From positions 3,921 through 67,920 of the forward strand of contig CAKOTD010000003.1 in the NCBI GenBank assembly GCA_934120015.1: a DNA stretch of 64,000 nt. The letters run 5' to 3'. Both the position numbers and the translations under genes were made by a program. Numbering within the stretch: the first letter of the stretch is position 1; each line of letters begins with the position of its first letter. Positions 1 through 9,111 of this stretch are shown here, in pieces. Below the pieces are notes generated by a model. It saw only the letters and a list, made by a program, of their open reading frames with translations, was not told the DNA's origin and ran no database searches. Source of the DNA: an uncultured Bacilli bacterium. Lineage in GTDB: Bacteria; Bacillota_I; Bacilli_A; RF39; UBA660.

Positions 1-400
1 GAAGGAATTAATAGTGTTGATAACATTCATAAAGTTATGTTACATTTTAAATTAAATATACTTAGTCACAATGATAGTGACTTAAATTTAAATGACTTTT
101 TACTGCTTTTTAGTAACAACGACAGATGCTGTAGTTGCCATGGCTGAAAAAATTGCTGGAACAGAAGATGGATTTGTTAAGATGATGAATGATAGGGCAA
201 AGGAGCTTGGTTTAAATGATACTAGTTTTAAAAATCCTCATGGGTTAGATACAGCTAATCATTATTCTAGTGCCTATGATATGATGCTTATTGCTAAAGA
301 ACTTGTTAAGCATGATGAGGTTTTAAAATATACTTCTATTTACGAGGATTATTTACGACAAAATACAGATAAACAGATTTGGCTTGTTAATACAAATAAA
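1..400 (+). pseudogene. 5' part of a PBP5-type D-alanyl-D-alanine carboxypeptidase gene. It enters the window mid-gene, has a frameshift near 124, and is cut by the island at ~400.
   Basis: Frame 1 (1-123) reads ...DLNLNDFLLLFSNND, the SxN motif region. Frame 2 (125-400) continues DAVVAMAEKIAGTEDGFVKMMNDRAKELGLNDTSFKNPHGL...QIWLVNTNK. The family consensus resumes only at 9112. Confidence 0.75.
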
Positions 401-587
401 GTCGTGTACTAAAAATGCTATAGTGAAAAATTACTATAGTGTTTTTTATTTATAAATAAGAATTTTATTAAGAACTAACATACAAAATAAATTTGTTTGT
501 AAGTGAATATTACTATAGTGTTTTGGAATATTTGAATAACATAATCGTATAATTAGATGAATGAGTTAGAAAAAAGGAGGTTGATAT

Positions 588-692
588 ATGACTTGTTTAT
601 CTAAAAACATTAGTTTAGAGATTATGAAGTTTTTCTTAAATACTAGTGTTCCAAAAATTTTAAGTGAAAGGAAAGGTATTGCTTCTAATTAG
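588..692 (+). CDS. Possible 34-aa ORF upstream of the recombinase (MTCLSKNISLEIMKFFLNTSVPKILSERKGIASN)
   Basis: AAGGAGG lies 7 nt upstream of the ATG. No recognisable domain, and the ORF is short. Confidence 0.25.
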   Translation: MTCLSKNISLEIMKFFLNTSVPKILSERKGIASN

Positions 693-711
693 GAAGGAGT
701 GATATTAACTT

Positions 712-2142
712 ATGCAGACAGCAATTTATTGCAGGGTATCTACTGAAGAACAAGCTACTGAAGGATTTAGTATTCATGCTCAAAAAGATAAATTAACTAA
801 ATATGCAGAAAGTAATGATTGGGATATAGTAGATTACTATGTTGATGATGGTATAAGTGGTAAAAATTTAACTGATAGGAAAGAAGTATCAAGACTAATT
901 GAGGATGTAAAGAAAGGAAAAATAAATAATGTTTTAATATACAAACTAGATAGACTTACTAGAAGTGTTAAAGACCTTATTTATTTAATAGAACTATTTG
1001 ATAGTCATAATTGTACTTTTAACTCTCAAACAGAGAAAATAGATACTTCAAATGCTGTTGGAAGAATGTTTGTTAAGATTATTGGAATATTTGCAGAATT
1101 TGAAAGAGAAAATTTAGCAGAAAGAGTTACTTTTGGATATGAACAAAAAACTAAAGAAGGTAATTATACTAATTGTAATGGTGTTTTTGGCTATGATTAT
1201 TTAGTCGGTAAAGGAAAACTTAAAGTTAATAAAAATGAAGCAATTTATGTTAAGAAAATATTTAATTGGTATTTAGATGGTGAATCCATGGTTAAAATTG
1301 CTAAAAAGTTAAAAGACTTAAATGTACCAACTAAAAGAGGGGGACATTGGAATCAGTCAACTATTTATTCGATACTTACTAATCCTCTTTATATTGGAAA
1401 TGTAAGGTATGGAGTAGGAAGAAAAAATGGCTTTGAAGTAAGTGGTAAGAACATAACGCCTATAATTAACGAAGACTTATTTAATAGTGTTAGCAATTTA
1501 ATGAAGAAAAGAAAGAAATTTCATAATAAGAAATACTCTTCTGACGATACTTATTATTTTAGAGTCTTAAGATGTAGTTTATGTGGAGGGAAATATCATG
1601 CTAGGCAACAACTTCAAAGTGGTAAAAAGTATATTACTTATCAGTGTAATGGGCATAACAATAATAGTTGTAATGCTCCAGGATTTTCTCATCTTAAAAT
1701 AGAAAATGCATTTATTAATTATTTAGAAAATATTAAAGATTTAGAATTTGATAAAAGTATTTTAAGAAAAGAAAAAAAGATAATAGAAAACAATGATACT
1801 TTAGATTTACAAGAACAAATTGAAAAATTAAATAAAAAGAAAAAAGATATGACAGAATTATTTAGTACTGATGAAATTGATTATGATACTTTTAAAGAAG
1901 TAAAAAGTGTAATTGATTCTAAATTGGAAGTGTTAAATAATGAGTTAGATAAAATTAATAAATATTCAAATGAAGAAGATCTAACTAATGAAGAAATTAT
2001 TAAAGAAGTTATAGTTAATTTAAAAAATAATTTTATTCATTTAAACAATCATGAAAAGAAAATGTTTCTAGAAAGATTTGTTAAAGAAATAAAAGTAAGA
2101 AAGGAAGATAATGATGTAATAATTGATGAAGTAATATTTTAA
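712..2142 (+). CDS. Large serine recombinase (resolvase N-domain + recombinase domain + zinc ribbon + coiled coil)
   Basis: IYCRVSTEEQ catalytic-Ser motif, YKLDRLTRS, GRMFVKIIGIFAEFEREN, and the Cys cluster CSLCGG...YQCNGH..NSC. Confidence 0.93.
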   Translation: MQTAIYCRVSTEEQATEGFSIHAQKDKLTKYAESNDWDIVDYYVDDGISGKNLTDRKEVSRLIEDVKKGKINNVLIYKLDRLTRSVKDLIYLIELFDSHNCTFNSQTEKIDTSNAVGRMFVKIIGIFAEFERENLAERVTFGYEQKTKEGNYTNCNGVFGYDYLVGKGKLKVNKNEAIYVKKIFNWYLDGESMVKIAKKLKDLNVPTKRGGHWNQSTIYSILTNPLYIGNVRYGVGRKNGFEVSGKNITPIINEDLFNSVSNLMKKRKKFHNKKYSSDDTYYFRVLRCSLCGGKYHARQQLQSGKKYITYQCNGHNNNSCNAPGFSHLKIENAFINYLENIKDLEFDKSILRKEKKIIENNDTLDLQEQIEKLNKKKKDMTELFSTDEIDYDTFKEVKSVIDSKLEVLNNELDKINKYSNEEDLTNEEIIKEVIVNLKNNFIHLNNHEKKMFLERFVKEIKVRKEDNDVIIDEVIF

Positions 2143-2144
2143 AT

Positions 2145-2170
2145 GGTTCACTTAGATGTGAGCCTTTTTA
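2145..2170 (+). terminator. Intrinsic terminator after the recombinase gene
   Basis: GGTTCAC/GTGAGCC stem followed by a T-run. Confidence 0.55.
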
Positions 2171-2226
2171 TATGGAATAGTTTTAATTTAGAAAGGTAGA
2201 TGATTTAATGAAAAATTTTAAAGGAA

Positions 2227-2775
2227 GTGTTTATTATAGATAAATATGTTTTGGTATATGCTTATGTACCAGAGCATTTTTTATCTAGAAAGGATTTATC
2301 TTATTTAGATAAATTAATTTATATAAGAATAGTAGGTTTTTGTAGGAATGATAAATACAATAATACTTGTTTTGCTAGTAATGGTTATTTTGCTAATTTA
2401 TTTGGAGTTAAGCCAAAGGCAATATCTGTTACGATAAAAAAGTTAAAAGATTTAGATTTAATAAATGTTAAATATATTAGAAATGAAAATCTTGTTAAAC
2501 AAAGAAGTATTACTCTAAAAAGAAATGTATGGAATCAAATAAGTAATAACGAAGTAGTAAATAAGGAAGAAGAGATTACTTATATGAAGGAATATAATAA
2601 TAAGATAAATAATAATAAAGAAATATTTAATAAAATTATATCCTATGATACAGATGGTGTTATGCTATGGCATGGTAAAAGATGTGAATCAGTAGAACCT
2701 ACTGAAGAAGAAAGAAAAGAAATGGAAGATTTATTAAGTGAATTTAGAGATGGTGATGATTTGACAAATGAATAA
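2227..2775 (+). CDS. Helix-turn-helix protein of mobile-element type (possible replication or regulatory protein)
   Basis: The wHTH-like segment GYFANLFGVKPKAISVTIKKLKDLDLINV. The GTG start is uncertain. Confidence 0.5.
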   Translation: MFIIDKYVLVYAYVPEHFLSRKDLSYLDKLIYIRIVGFCRNDKYNNTCFASNGYFANLFGVKPKAISVTIKKLKDLDLINVKYIRNENLVKQRSITLKRNVWNQISNNEVVNKEEEITYMKEYNNKINNNKEIFNKIISYDTDGVMLWHGKRCESVEPTEEERKEMEDLLSEFRDGDDLTNE

Positions 2776-2803
2776 ACAAATATTAAAATTAAATAAAGAA
2801 TAG

Positions 2804-2848
2804 AAAGTGCTAGTACAGACTTTTATGTTTTGTATTAGCACTTTTTTC
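2804..2848 (+). terminator. Intrinsic terminator
   Basis: AAAGTGCTA...TAGCACTTT stem followed by TTTT. Confidence 0.55.
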
Positions 2849-3245
2849 TTTGATGAAAGAGAGGTGTTCATAAAAATATAATATGTCGAAGTCCATCCAT
2901 AGTTTTTACTAGTATGGTAGTAAGTTGGATTATTCTATGGATTGAATTTTACTAGAAAAATAAAGGATAAAAAAAGATTTATGGATGAATTCTTCCATAA
3001 TTTATGGTTGATTTTGCAAGTGCAAAATAAGATTTGATAGCATTGTTTGTCCTTTATTTATGGGAAATAAATAAGAATATGCTATCAATTCCTTTATCCT
3101 GCTTCAAAAATAATCCTAAAAAAATAGAAAGAAAAGGTGATGTGTATCGGGTTATTCCCTAAAAGAAAGGAAAATTATTATTGTTAAAAATTAGATTAAA
3201 TATATTATGTAAGGAGTTATTTATAGTTTAAGATAGGAGATTAGT

Positions 3246-3776
3246 TTGAGAGAAGAAACTATCTTAAATTACCAAAACTTAGTATATAAAATATTATCTC
3301 ATTATAGAAATTTATATAATTATAATAAAGACTTTGAAGAAGATTATTTTCATGATGGTATGGTAGCTTTAATACAAGCATACGATACATATAAAGATGG
3401 TAATAATGTTAAATTTATAACATATGCATCAAGATGTATTCATAATAAGTATAAAGATATATTTAAAAAGAAATCTTTTAATGAAGAACCATTAGATTTA
3501 CAAATAAAAGATGATTTATACTTGCTTGATATTATTCCATCAAAAGAAGAAAAGATTCTGGATATGTTAATAAAAAAAGAAACAAAAGAAGAATTAGAGT
3601 ATTCATTAAATAATTTAAGTAATGATGATAACTTTATTATATGTAGTTTGTATGGTATTAAAACTAAAAAAATAACTCAAAAGAATTTAGCAAAGATACT
3701 TAATTGTACTCAAAGTTGTATTGCTAAAAAACATAATAAAATATTAAATCTAATTAAAGGATACTTAGAATATTAA
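3246..3776 (+). CDS. Sigma-70 family (group 4-like) RNA polymerase sigma factor
   Basis: Region 2-like FITYASRCIHNKYKDIFKK and region 4 HTH QKNLAKILNCTQSCIAKKHNKILNLIK. TTG start. Confidence 0.7.
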   Translation: MREETILNYQNLVYKILSHYRNLYNYNKDFEEDYFHDGMVALIQAYDTYKDGNNVKFITYASRCIHNKYKDIFKKKSFNEEPLDLQIKDDLYLLDIIPSKEEKILDMLIKKETKEELEYSLNNLSNDDNFIICSLYGIKTKKITQKNLAKILNCTQSCIAKKHNKILNLIKGYLEY

Positions 3777-3802
3777 TTCTAGGTATTTTTTTTAACTATT
3801 TA

Positions 3803-3851
3803 TTGTCTATTTTTAATATTAGTGCTATAATGAATATGAAAATGATTTTCA
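3803..3851 (+). promoter_or_regulatory. Promoter TTGTCT-N17-TATAAT followed by a 7-1-7 Fur-family box, TGAAAATGATTTTCA
   Basis: -35 at 3803-3808, -10 at 3826-3831, palindrome at 3837-3851 just downstream of the -10. Same architecture as Fur/Zur/PerR boxes. Confidence 0.6.
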
Positions 3852-3865
3852 AATTGGGTGATTTA

Positions 3866-4270
3866 ATGAGTAATAGAGAAAATTATAATACAAAACAGAA
3901 GGAACTAATAAATAATTATATAAAAAATATGAATGATTTATTTAGTTCAAAAGAACTTTATGAAAAAATGAAGAATGATAATCTAAATATTGGGCTTACA
4001 ACAATATATAGACATTTGGAAGAATTAGAAAAAAATAATGTCTTAAAGAAGATATATAAAAATGGAATTGCAAAATATCAATATTTAGAATGCTGTGAAT
4101 GTGATAATCATTTCTACTTAAAATGTGATAAGTGTGGTGCTGTTACTCATGTTGACTGTGACTGTATTAATGATTTTACTAATCATGTTTTAAAGAACCA
4201 TTCATTTAAAGTAAAAAATGATAATATAATAATTACAGGATTGTGTAATAAATGTAAAAACAAAAGATAG
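3866..4270 (+). CDS. zur: Fur-family metalloregulator, probably Zur
   Basis: The wHTH segment LTTIYRHLEELEKNNVLKKI and paired CxxC motifs (CDKCG, CNKC). It lies next to a zinc importer. The ORF-track start at 3803 overlaps the promoter, so the ATG at 3866 is preferred. Confidence 0.75.
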   Translation: MSNRENYNTKQKELINNYIKNMNDLFSSKELYEKMKNDNLNIGLTTIYRHLEELEKNNVLKKIYKNGIAKYQYLECCECDNHFYLKCDKCGAVTHVDCDCINDFTNHVLKNHSFKVKNDNIIITGLCNKCKNKR

Positions 4271-4281
4271 GAGGAATTTTT

Positions 4282-4578
4282 ATGAGTAGCAAAAGAATAT
4301 ATAAATTTTTAGTTATTAGTTTATTAGTATCAATAATACTAAATTTTTGCTTTTTACTAAAAAATTATAATCATGACTGCACTCATACTGAAGATTGTCC
4401 TATATGTATATTAATTCATCAAACTGAAGATAACTTAAAAAATCTAGGTTTAGGTTTTGGTGGAGTAACCATAGTCTTATTGTGCATAATTTTGATAAAA
4501 AATGTTTATTATAAGAATTATAAATATAATATTATAGATTCCACATTAGTAGGTCTAAAAGTGAGGTTAAATGACTAA
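4282..4578 (+). CDS. Small two-TM membrane protein with an HDCTHTEDCPIC metal-ligand-like motif
   Basis: Hydrophobic segments flank a His/Cys cluster. RBS AGGAGG is present. Confidence 0.5.
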   Translation: MSSKRIYKFLVISLLVSIILNFCFLLKNYNHDCTHTEDCPICILIHQTEDNLKNLGLGFGGVTIVLLCIILIKNVYYKNYKYNIIDSTLVGLKVRLND

Positions 4579-4618
4579 AATCCATCTTTAGAATAGTAAA
4601 TTAAAGATGGAGGATATA

Positions 4619-5590
4619 ATGAAAAAAATAAGTAAAATATTATTAGTTTTTGTTGTGGCTGTTTTTAGTATAGTAAGTTTAACAGGATGCAATAAAAATA
4701 AAGACAATGAAAATAAACTAACTATTGTAACTACAAATTTTCCAAGCTATGATTTTGCTCGTGCTGTAGTAAAAGATAACAAAGATGTAGAATTAAAAAT
4801 GTTATTAAAGCCAGGTGCTGAATCTCATGATTTTGAACCAACACCACAAGATATTATTGATATAAAGAATAGTGATTTGTTTATTTATACTGGTGGTGAA
4901 TCAGATGAATGGATTAGTGATATTTTAGATGACATTGATACTGATAAGACTAAAGTAATTAAAATGATGGATTTAGTAGATGTTAAAGAAGAAGAAATAG
5001 TAGAGGGTATGGAAGATGAAGAACATGAAGAAGAGGAAGAACATCATGATGAAGAAGAAGTAGAATATGATGAACATGTTTGGACTAGTCCAGTAAATGC
5101 TATTAAAATTGTAAATGCATTAAGAGATGAAGTAGTATCTATTGATAATGATAATAAAAAAGTATATGAAGATAGTGCTAAAGAATATACTGACAAGTTA
5201 GAAAAAATTGATAATGAATTTAAAGATATAGTTAAAAATGCTAAAAGAAAAGAAATAATATTTGGAGATAGATTTCCACTTCGTTATTTTGTAGATGAAT
5301 ATAATCTTAAATATTATGCTGCTTTTCCAGGATGTTCTGCTCAAACTGAAGCAAGTGCAAAAACAATATCTTATTTAGTTGATAAGGTAAAAGAAGATAA
5401 AATACCTGTAGTATTCCATATAGAATTATCAAATGGAAAAATAGCTGAAGCAATCAGCAAAGAAACAGGTGCTAAAGTATTAGAATTTAATACTGCTCAT
5501 AATATTTCACAAAAGGATTTTGATGCTGGTGTAACTTATGTAGATATTATGGAAGAAAATACTAAAGTTTTAAAAGAAGCTCTTAACTAA
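4619..5590 (+). CDS. znuA: Zinc ABC transporter substrate-binding lipoprotein (cluster 9, ZnuA/AdcA type)
   Basis: Lipobox LTGC and an acidic/His-rich loop EDEEHEEEEEHHDEEE typical of zinc-specific binding proteins. GGAGG lies 5 nt upstream of the ATG at 4619. Confidence 0.88.
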   Translation: MKKISKILLVFVVAVFSIVSLTGCNKNKDNENKLTIVTTNFPSYDFARAVVKDNKDVELKMLLKPGAESHDFEPTPQDIIDIKNSDLFIYTGGESDEWISDILDDIDTDKTKVIKMMDLVDVKEEEIVEGMEDEEHEEEEEHHDEEEVEYDEHVWTSPVNAIKIVNALRDEVVSIDNDNKKVYEDSAKEYTDKLEKIDNEFKDIVKNAKRKEIIFGDRFPLRYFVDEYNLKYYAAFPGCSAQTEASAKTISYLVDKVKEDKIPVVFHIELSNGKIAEAISKETGAKVLEFNTAHNISQKDFDAGVTYVDIMEENTKVLKEALN

Positions 5591-6270
5591 TGAGTTTAAT
5601 AGATATTAAAAATCTATCTTTAGGATATGATGGTAATATCGTCCTTAAAAATGTTAATTTAAAAATAGAAGAAAATGCGTTTTTGTGTGTAGTAGGTCCT
5701 AATGGCTCAGGTAAATCTACTTTAATAAAAGGAATACTTGGGCTTATAAAACCTATTTCTGGTACTATTACTTTTAATAATCTTAAGCAAAATTTTATAG
5801 GATACATGCCACAAGAAACAAAGGTAGATTCTAATTTTCCAGCATCAGTTTTAGAAATTGTATTATCTGGAACTTTAAATAAAAAGAGCATGAGTTTATT
5901 TTATACAAAAGAAGATAAAAAGTTAGCTATTAAAAACTTAAAAATACTTGGTATTGAAAACTTAAAAAACAAACACTTTTCAGAACTTTCAGGTGGACAA
6001 AGACAAAAAGTTTTACTTGCAAGAAGTCTTTGTGCTACTTCAAAATTACTTATACTTGATGAACCCTCTAATAACCTTGATAGTAAATCAAAGAAAAACT
6101 TATATGATATATTAAAAGATTTGAATAAGAACTATAATATAACAATTATAATGATTACTCATGACTTAGATCATAACAATTTAATTGGCAATAAAATACT
6201 TTCTTTAAGAGAAGATGACATTTTTTATGGAACAACAGAAGATTTTATAAAGAAGGTGCATCATGAGTAA
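5590..6270 (+). CDS. znuC: Zinc/metal ABC transporter ATP-binding protein
   Basis: Walker A GPNGSGKST, signature LSGGQRQ, Walker B LLILDEP. Confidence 0.88.
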   Translation: MSLIDIKNLSLGYDGNIVLKNVNLKIEENAFLCVVGPNGSGKSTLIKGILGLIKPISGTITFNNLKQNFIGYMPQETKVDSNFPASVLEIVLSGTLNKKSMSLFYTKEDKKLAIKNLKILGIENLKNKHFSELSGGQRQKVLLARSLCATSKLLILDEPSNNLDSKSKKNLYDILKDLNKNYNITIIMITHDLDHNNLIGNKILSLREDDIFYGTTEDFIKKVHHE

Positions 6271-7084
6271 TATATTTGATATGTTTTCATATTCGTTTAT
6301 GGTTAGAGCATTTATTGTAGGATTATTAATTTCTTTATGTGCATCATTAATTGGTTCATCTTTAGTTTTAAAGAGAAACTCTATGATAGGAGATGGACTA
6401 TCTCATGTTGGATTTGGTGCGTTTGCTATTGCTACTATAATGGGATTTGCCCCTTTAGAATTTGCTATTCCCATTGTTATAATCGTATCCTTCTTTATCT
6501 TAAAATTAAATGATAGTAGCAAAGTGCACGGGGATTCTATGATTGCATTAGTATCAAGTAGTTCCCTTGCTATTGGAACATTTGCTATTTCTGTAACAAA
6601 GGGAGTAAATACTGATATAAATAATTATTTATTTGGAAGTATCTTATCAATAAATAGTCATGATGTAGTTATAAGTGTAATCTTAACAATATTAGTAATT
6701 TTATTATATATTCTTTCTTACAATAAAATATTTGCTATAACATTTGATGAAAAGTTTGCTAAATCAATAGGGATTAAAACAAATATTTATAATATGATTT
6801 TTGCAAGTTTATGTTCAATAGTAGTAGTTCTAGGTATGAGACTTATGGGTTCACTTTTAATATCAAGTTTAATTATTTTTCCAACACTATCCTCAATGCA
6901 ATATTTTAAAACATTTAAAAGTGTTGTCATATCAAGTATTGTTATAAGTATAATATCATTTAGTGTAGGACTTGCTTTATCATTTGTAAATGAGTATCCA
7001 ACTGGTTCTACAATTGTAATTATTAATCTAATTATCTTCTTTATATTTAAAATAATTTCATTCTTAAAGATAAGGAGAAAATGA
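6263..7084 (+). CDS. znuB: Zinc/metal ABC transporter permease (ABC-3 family)
   Basis: Polytopic membrane protein overlapping both neighbouring genes. ABC-3-like sequence DGLSHVGFGAFA. Confidence 0.82.
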   Translation: MSNIFDMFSYSFMVRAFIVGLLISLCASLIGSSLVLKRNSMIGDGLSHVGFGAFAIATIMGFAPLEFAIPIVIIVSFFILKLNDSSKVHGDSMIALVSSSSLAIGTFAISVTKGVNTDINNYLFGSILSINSHDVVISVILTILVILLYILSYNKIFAITFDEKFAKSIGIKTNIYNMIFASLCSIVVVLGMRLMGSLLISSLIIFPTLSSMQYFKTFKSVVISSIVISIISFSVGLALSFVNEYPTGSTIVIINLIIFFIFKIISFLKIRRK

Positions 7085-8100
7085 TGGATATAATAAAAAA
7101 TATTTCAATAATATTTATTTCAATCTTTTTTGAAAGTTTGCCATTTCTACTTTTAGGTTCTTTAATATCTTCGGTAATAGAAAGATATGTTAGTAATGAT
7201 ACAATGGCAAAATTAATACCCAAGAATGTAGTTTTAGGTTCTTTTATGGGAATATTTTTAGGATTTTTCTTACCAGCTTGTGATTGTGCAGTTATTCCTG
7301 TATCAAAAAGACTTATTAAGAAAAAAGTACCACTTAATGTAGCAATTTCATTTATGCTTGCTTCTCCAATTATAAATCCTGTTGTATTACTTTCAACATA
7401 TTCAGCATTTTATAGAACTAATCCCCAGATATTTTGGTTAAGATTAATTCTAGGAATAGGAATTGCCTTTATAATTGGTGTTGTAATGGGACTTATATTT
7501 AAAGGTAAAGTTACTATTAATAATAGCGATGAAAATGAAGAATGCTGTTGTCATCACCATGAGCATAATCACGAATGCCCTCATCATCACGAACATGAAC
7601 ATGATCACGGTGAAATAGATGATGATTTTAAAGATTTAATGGTTAATTGTGATATAGAAGAAGTTCATGAGGAAAGAGAAGAAAAACGATCATTAAAAAA
7701 AGACATATTATTTATATTCAAACATACTGCTTATGATATGTTTGATGTTGTAAAATATTTAATGTTTGGTGCTGTTATTGCAAGTTTAGTTCAAGTATTA
7801 CTTCCAAGACAAATATTACTTATGTTTAATGAGAATAGAATACTTGCTATACTAGTTTTAATGCTTTTTGCTTACTTAATATCTCTTTGTTCTACATCTG
7901 ATTCATTTGTAGGTAAATCACTTCTTAATTCATTTGGTATTACTCCTATAATGGCTTATCTTTTATTAGGACCAATGATAGATATAAAAAATACAATAGT
8001 ATTATTTGGTAATTATAAAAAGAGTTTTGTTATTACTTTAATACTACTTATATTTATAACCATATTTATATCTTGTGTTCTTATGGGAGGCTTATTATGA
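7081..8100 (+). CDS. Permease (YraQ/ArsP-like) with a cytoplasmic Cys/His-rich loop
   Basis: Polytopic protein with the loop ECCCHHHEHNHECPHHHEHEHDHGE. ATGA overlap with znuB. Confidence 0.65.
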   Translation: MMDIIKNISIIFISIFFESLPFLLLGSLISSVIERYVSNDTMAKLIPKNVVLGSFMGIFLGFFLPACDCAVIPVSKRLIKKKVPLNVAISFMLASPIINPVVLLSTYSAFYRTNPQIFWLRLILGIGIAFIIGVVMGLIFKGKVTINNSDENEECCCHHHEHNHECPHHHEHEHDHGEIDDDFKDLMVNCDIEEVHEEREEKRSLKKDILFIFKHTAYDMFDVVKYLMFGAVIASLVQVLLPRQILLMFNENRILAILVLMLFAYLISLCSTSDSFVGKSLLNSFGITPIMAYLLLGPMIDIKNTIVLFGNYKKSFVITLILLIFITIFISCVLMGGLL

Positions 8101-9020
8101 GAAAGCGTTTTTTAGGAATAATTTGTTTAATATATGTAGCATTAATTCTTTATGTTAAATTAACTGGTAATTTAGGCAATTATTTAGCACCTCAAATGCA
8201 AAAATACATAATTTGGTCAGTAGTTCCACTTTTAATAATCGGACTTGTGATATGTTTAAATAATCATATTTCATATAAGCTTAAGTTTACTGACATAGTA
8301 TTGTTATTACCAATTGCTATGATTATATTTGCAGGAGATGGAAGATTAACTGCTAGTCTAGCAAATAATCGTAATACATTATATAAAGACACAAGTAATA
8401 AAGTGATTTCTAGTGATGAAGAAAAAACGAATAATAAAGAAGAGTCAAATACAAGCCAAGAAGAACAAACAAATGAAGAGACAAGTAAAGAAGAGAATAA
8501 CACTGGAGAAAACAATAATGAGGAAATAGTAACTCCTGAACCTAAATATGATTTTTCTACAGTTGACTTTGATGTAGTAGATGCAAGCTATTCAATGCTT
8601 AATGCAATATTGACTTATCCAGATATGAATGGATATGATATTAATTATTTTGTTGGTAAAAAAATTAGAGTAAGAGGTTTTGCAGTAAAAAAATTACAGT
8701 ATATGCCAACTGGTTATTTCTCTATTGGAAAGTATATTATAAATTGTTGTGCTGCAGATGCTGGGTTTGGAGGCTTTTTTGCAAAATATGATTTAAATAA
8801 AATAAAAGAGAATACATGGTATGAAGTGGAAGGGGTCTTTGATAAAATTAAAGACAATGATGGATATAATACACTTGTTATTAATGTAATAAATATTAAA
8901 AAAATAGATGGAAGTAAAGAAGAGCAGTATGCTTACCCTTGTTATTCTTATGATGATGGAAGTTGTTCTGCCTTAAACAATTATGATTTTGGAGAAAATA
9001 AATATGATATTCAAAATTAA
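8097..9020 (+). CDS. Partner subunit of the two-component permease (TIGR03943-like membrane protein with a Cys-containing C-terminal domain)
   Basis: Three N-terminal TM segments, a low-complexity linker and a C-domain with the CCAADAGFGG motif. ATGA overlap with the preceding permease. Confidence 0.55.
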   Translation: MRKRFLGIICLIYVALILYVKLTGNLGNYLAPQMQKYIIWSVVPLLIIGLVICLNNHISYKLKFTDIVLLLPIAMIIFAGDGRLTASLANNRNTLYKDTSNKVISSDEEKTNNKEESNTSQEEQTNEETSKEENNTGENNNEEIVTPEPKYDFSTVDFDVVDASYSMLNAILTYPDMNGYDINYFVGKKIRVRGFAVKKLQYMPTGYFSIGKYIINCCAADAGFGGFFAKYDLNKIKENTWYEVEGVFDKIKDNDGYNTLVINVINIKKIDGSKEEQYAYPCYSYDDGSCSALNNYDFGENKYDIQN

Positions 9021-9055
9021 CATATAAATGAATTTGTAATTTTTCTATTTTCATG

Positions 9056-9086
9056 GTATCATTTCATCAAGAAGTGATACTTTTTT
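9056..9086 (+). terminator. Intrinsic terminator at the right end of the island
   Basis: 9-bp stem GTATCATTT/AAGTGATAC followed by TTTTTT. Confidence 0.6.
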
Positions 9087-9111
9087 ACTATAGCAATATT
9101 CATATACAATT

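Noticed and set aside
4584-4612. Hairpin before znuA as a riboswitch
   Set aside because: It is too short for any known metal riboswitch. It is more simply an RBS-occluding or terminator-like stem, mentioned only within the cargo finding.
5583-5891. Minus-strand ORFs opposite ABC ATPase genes (5583-5891, 10028-10327, 49729-49917)
   Set aside because: These are classic antisense ORFs over the Walker A region of ABC ATPases. The plus-strand products carry the complete Walker/signature motifs.
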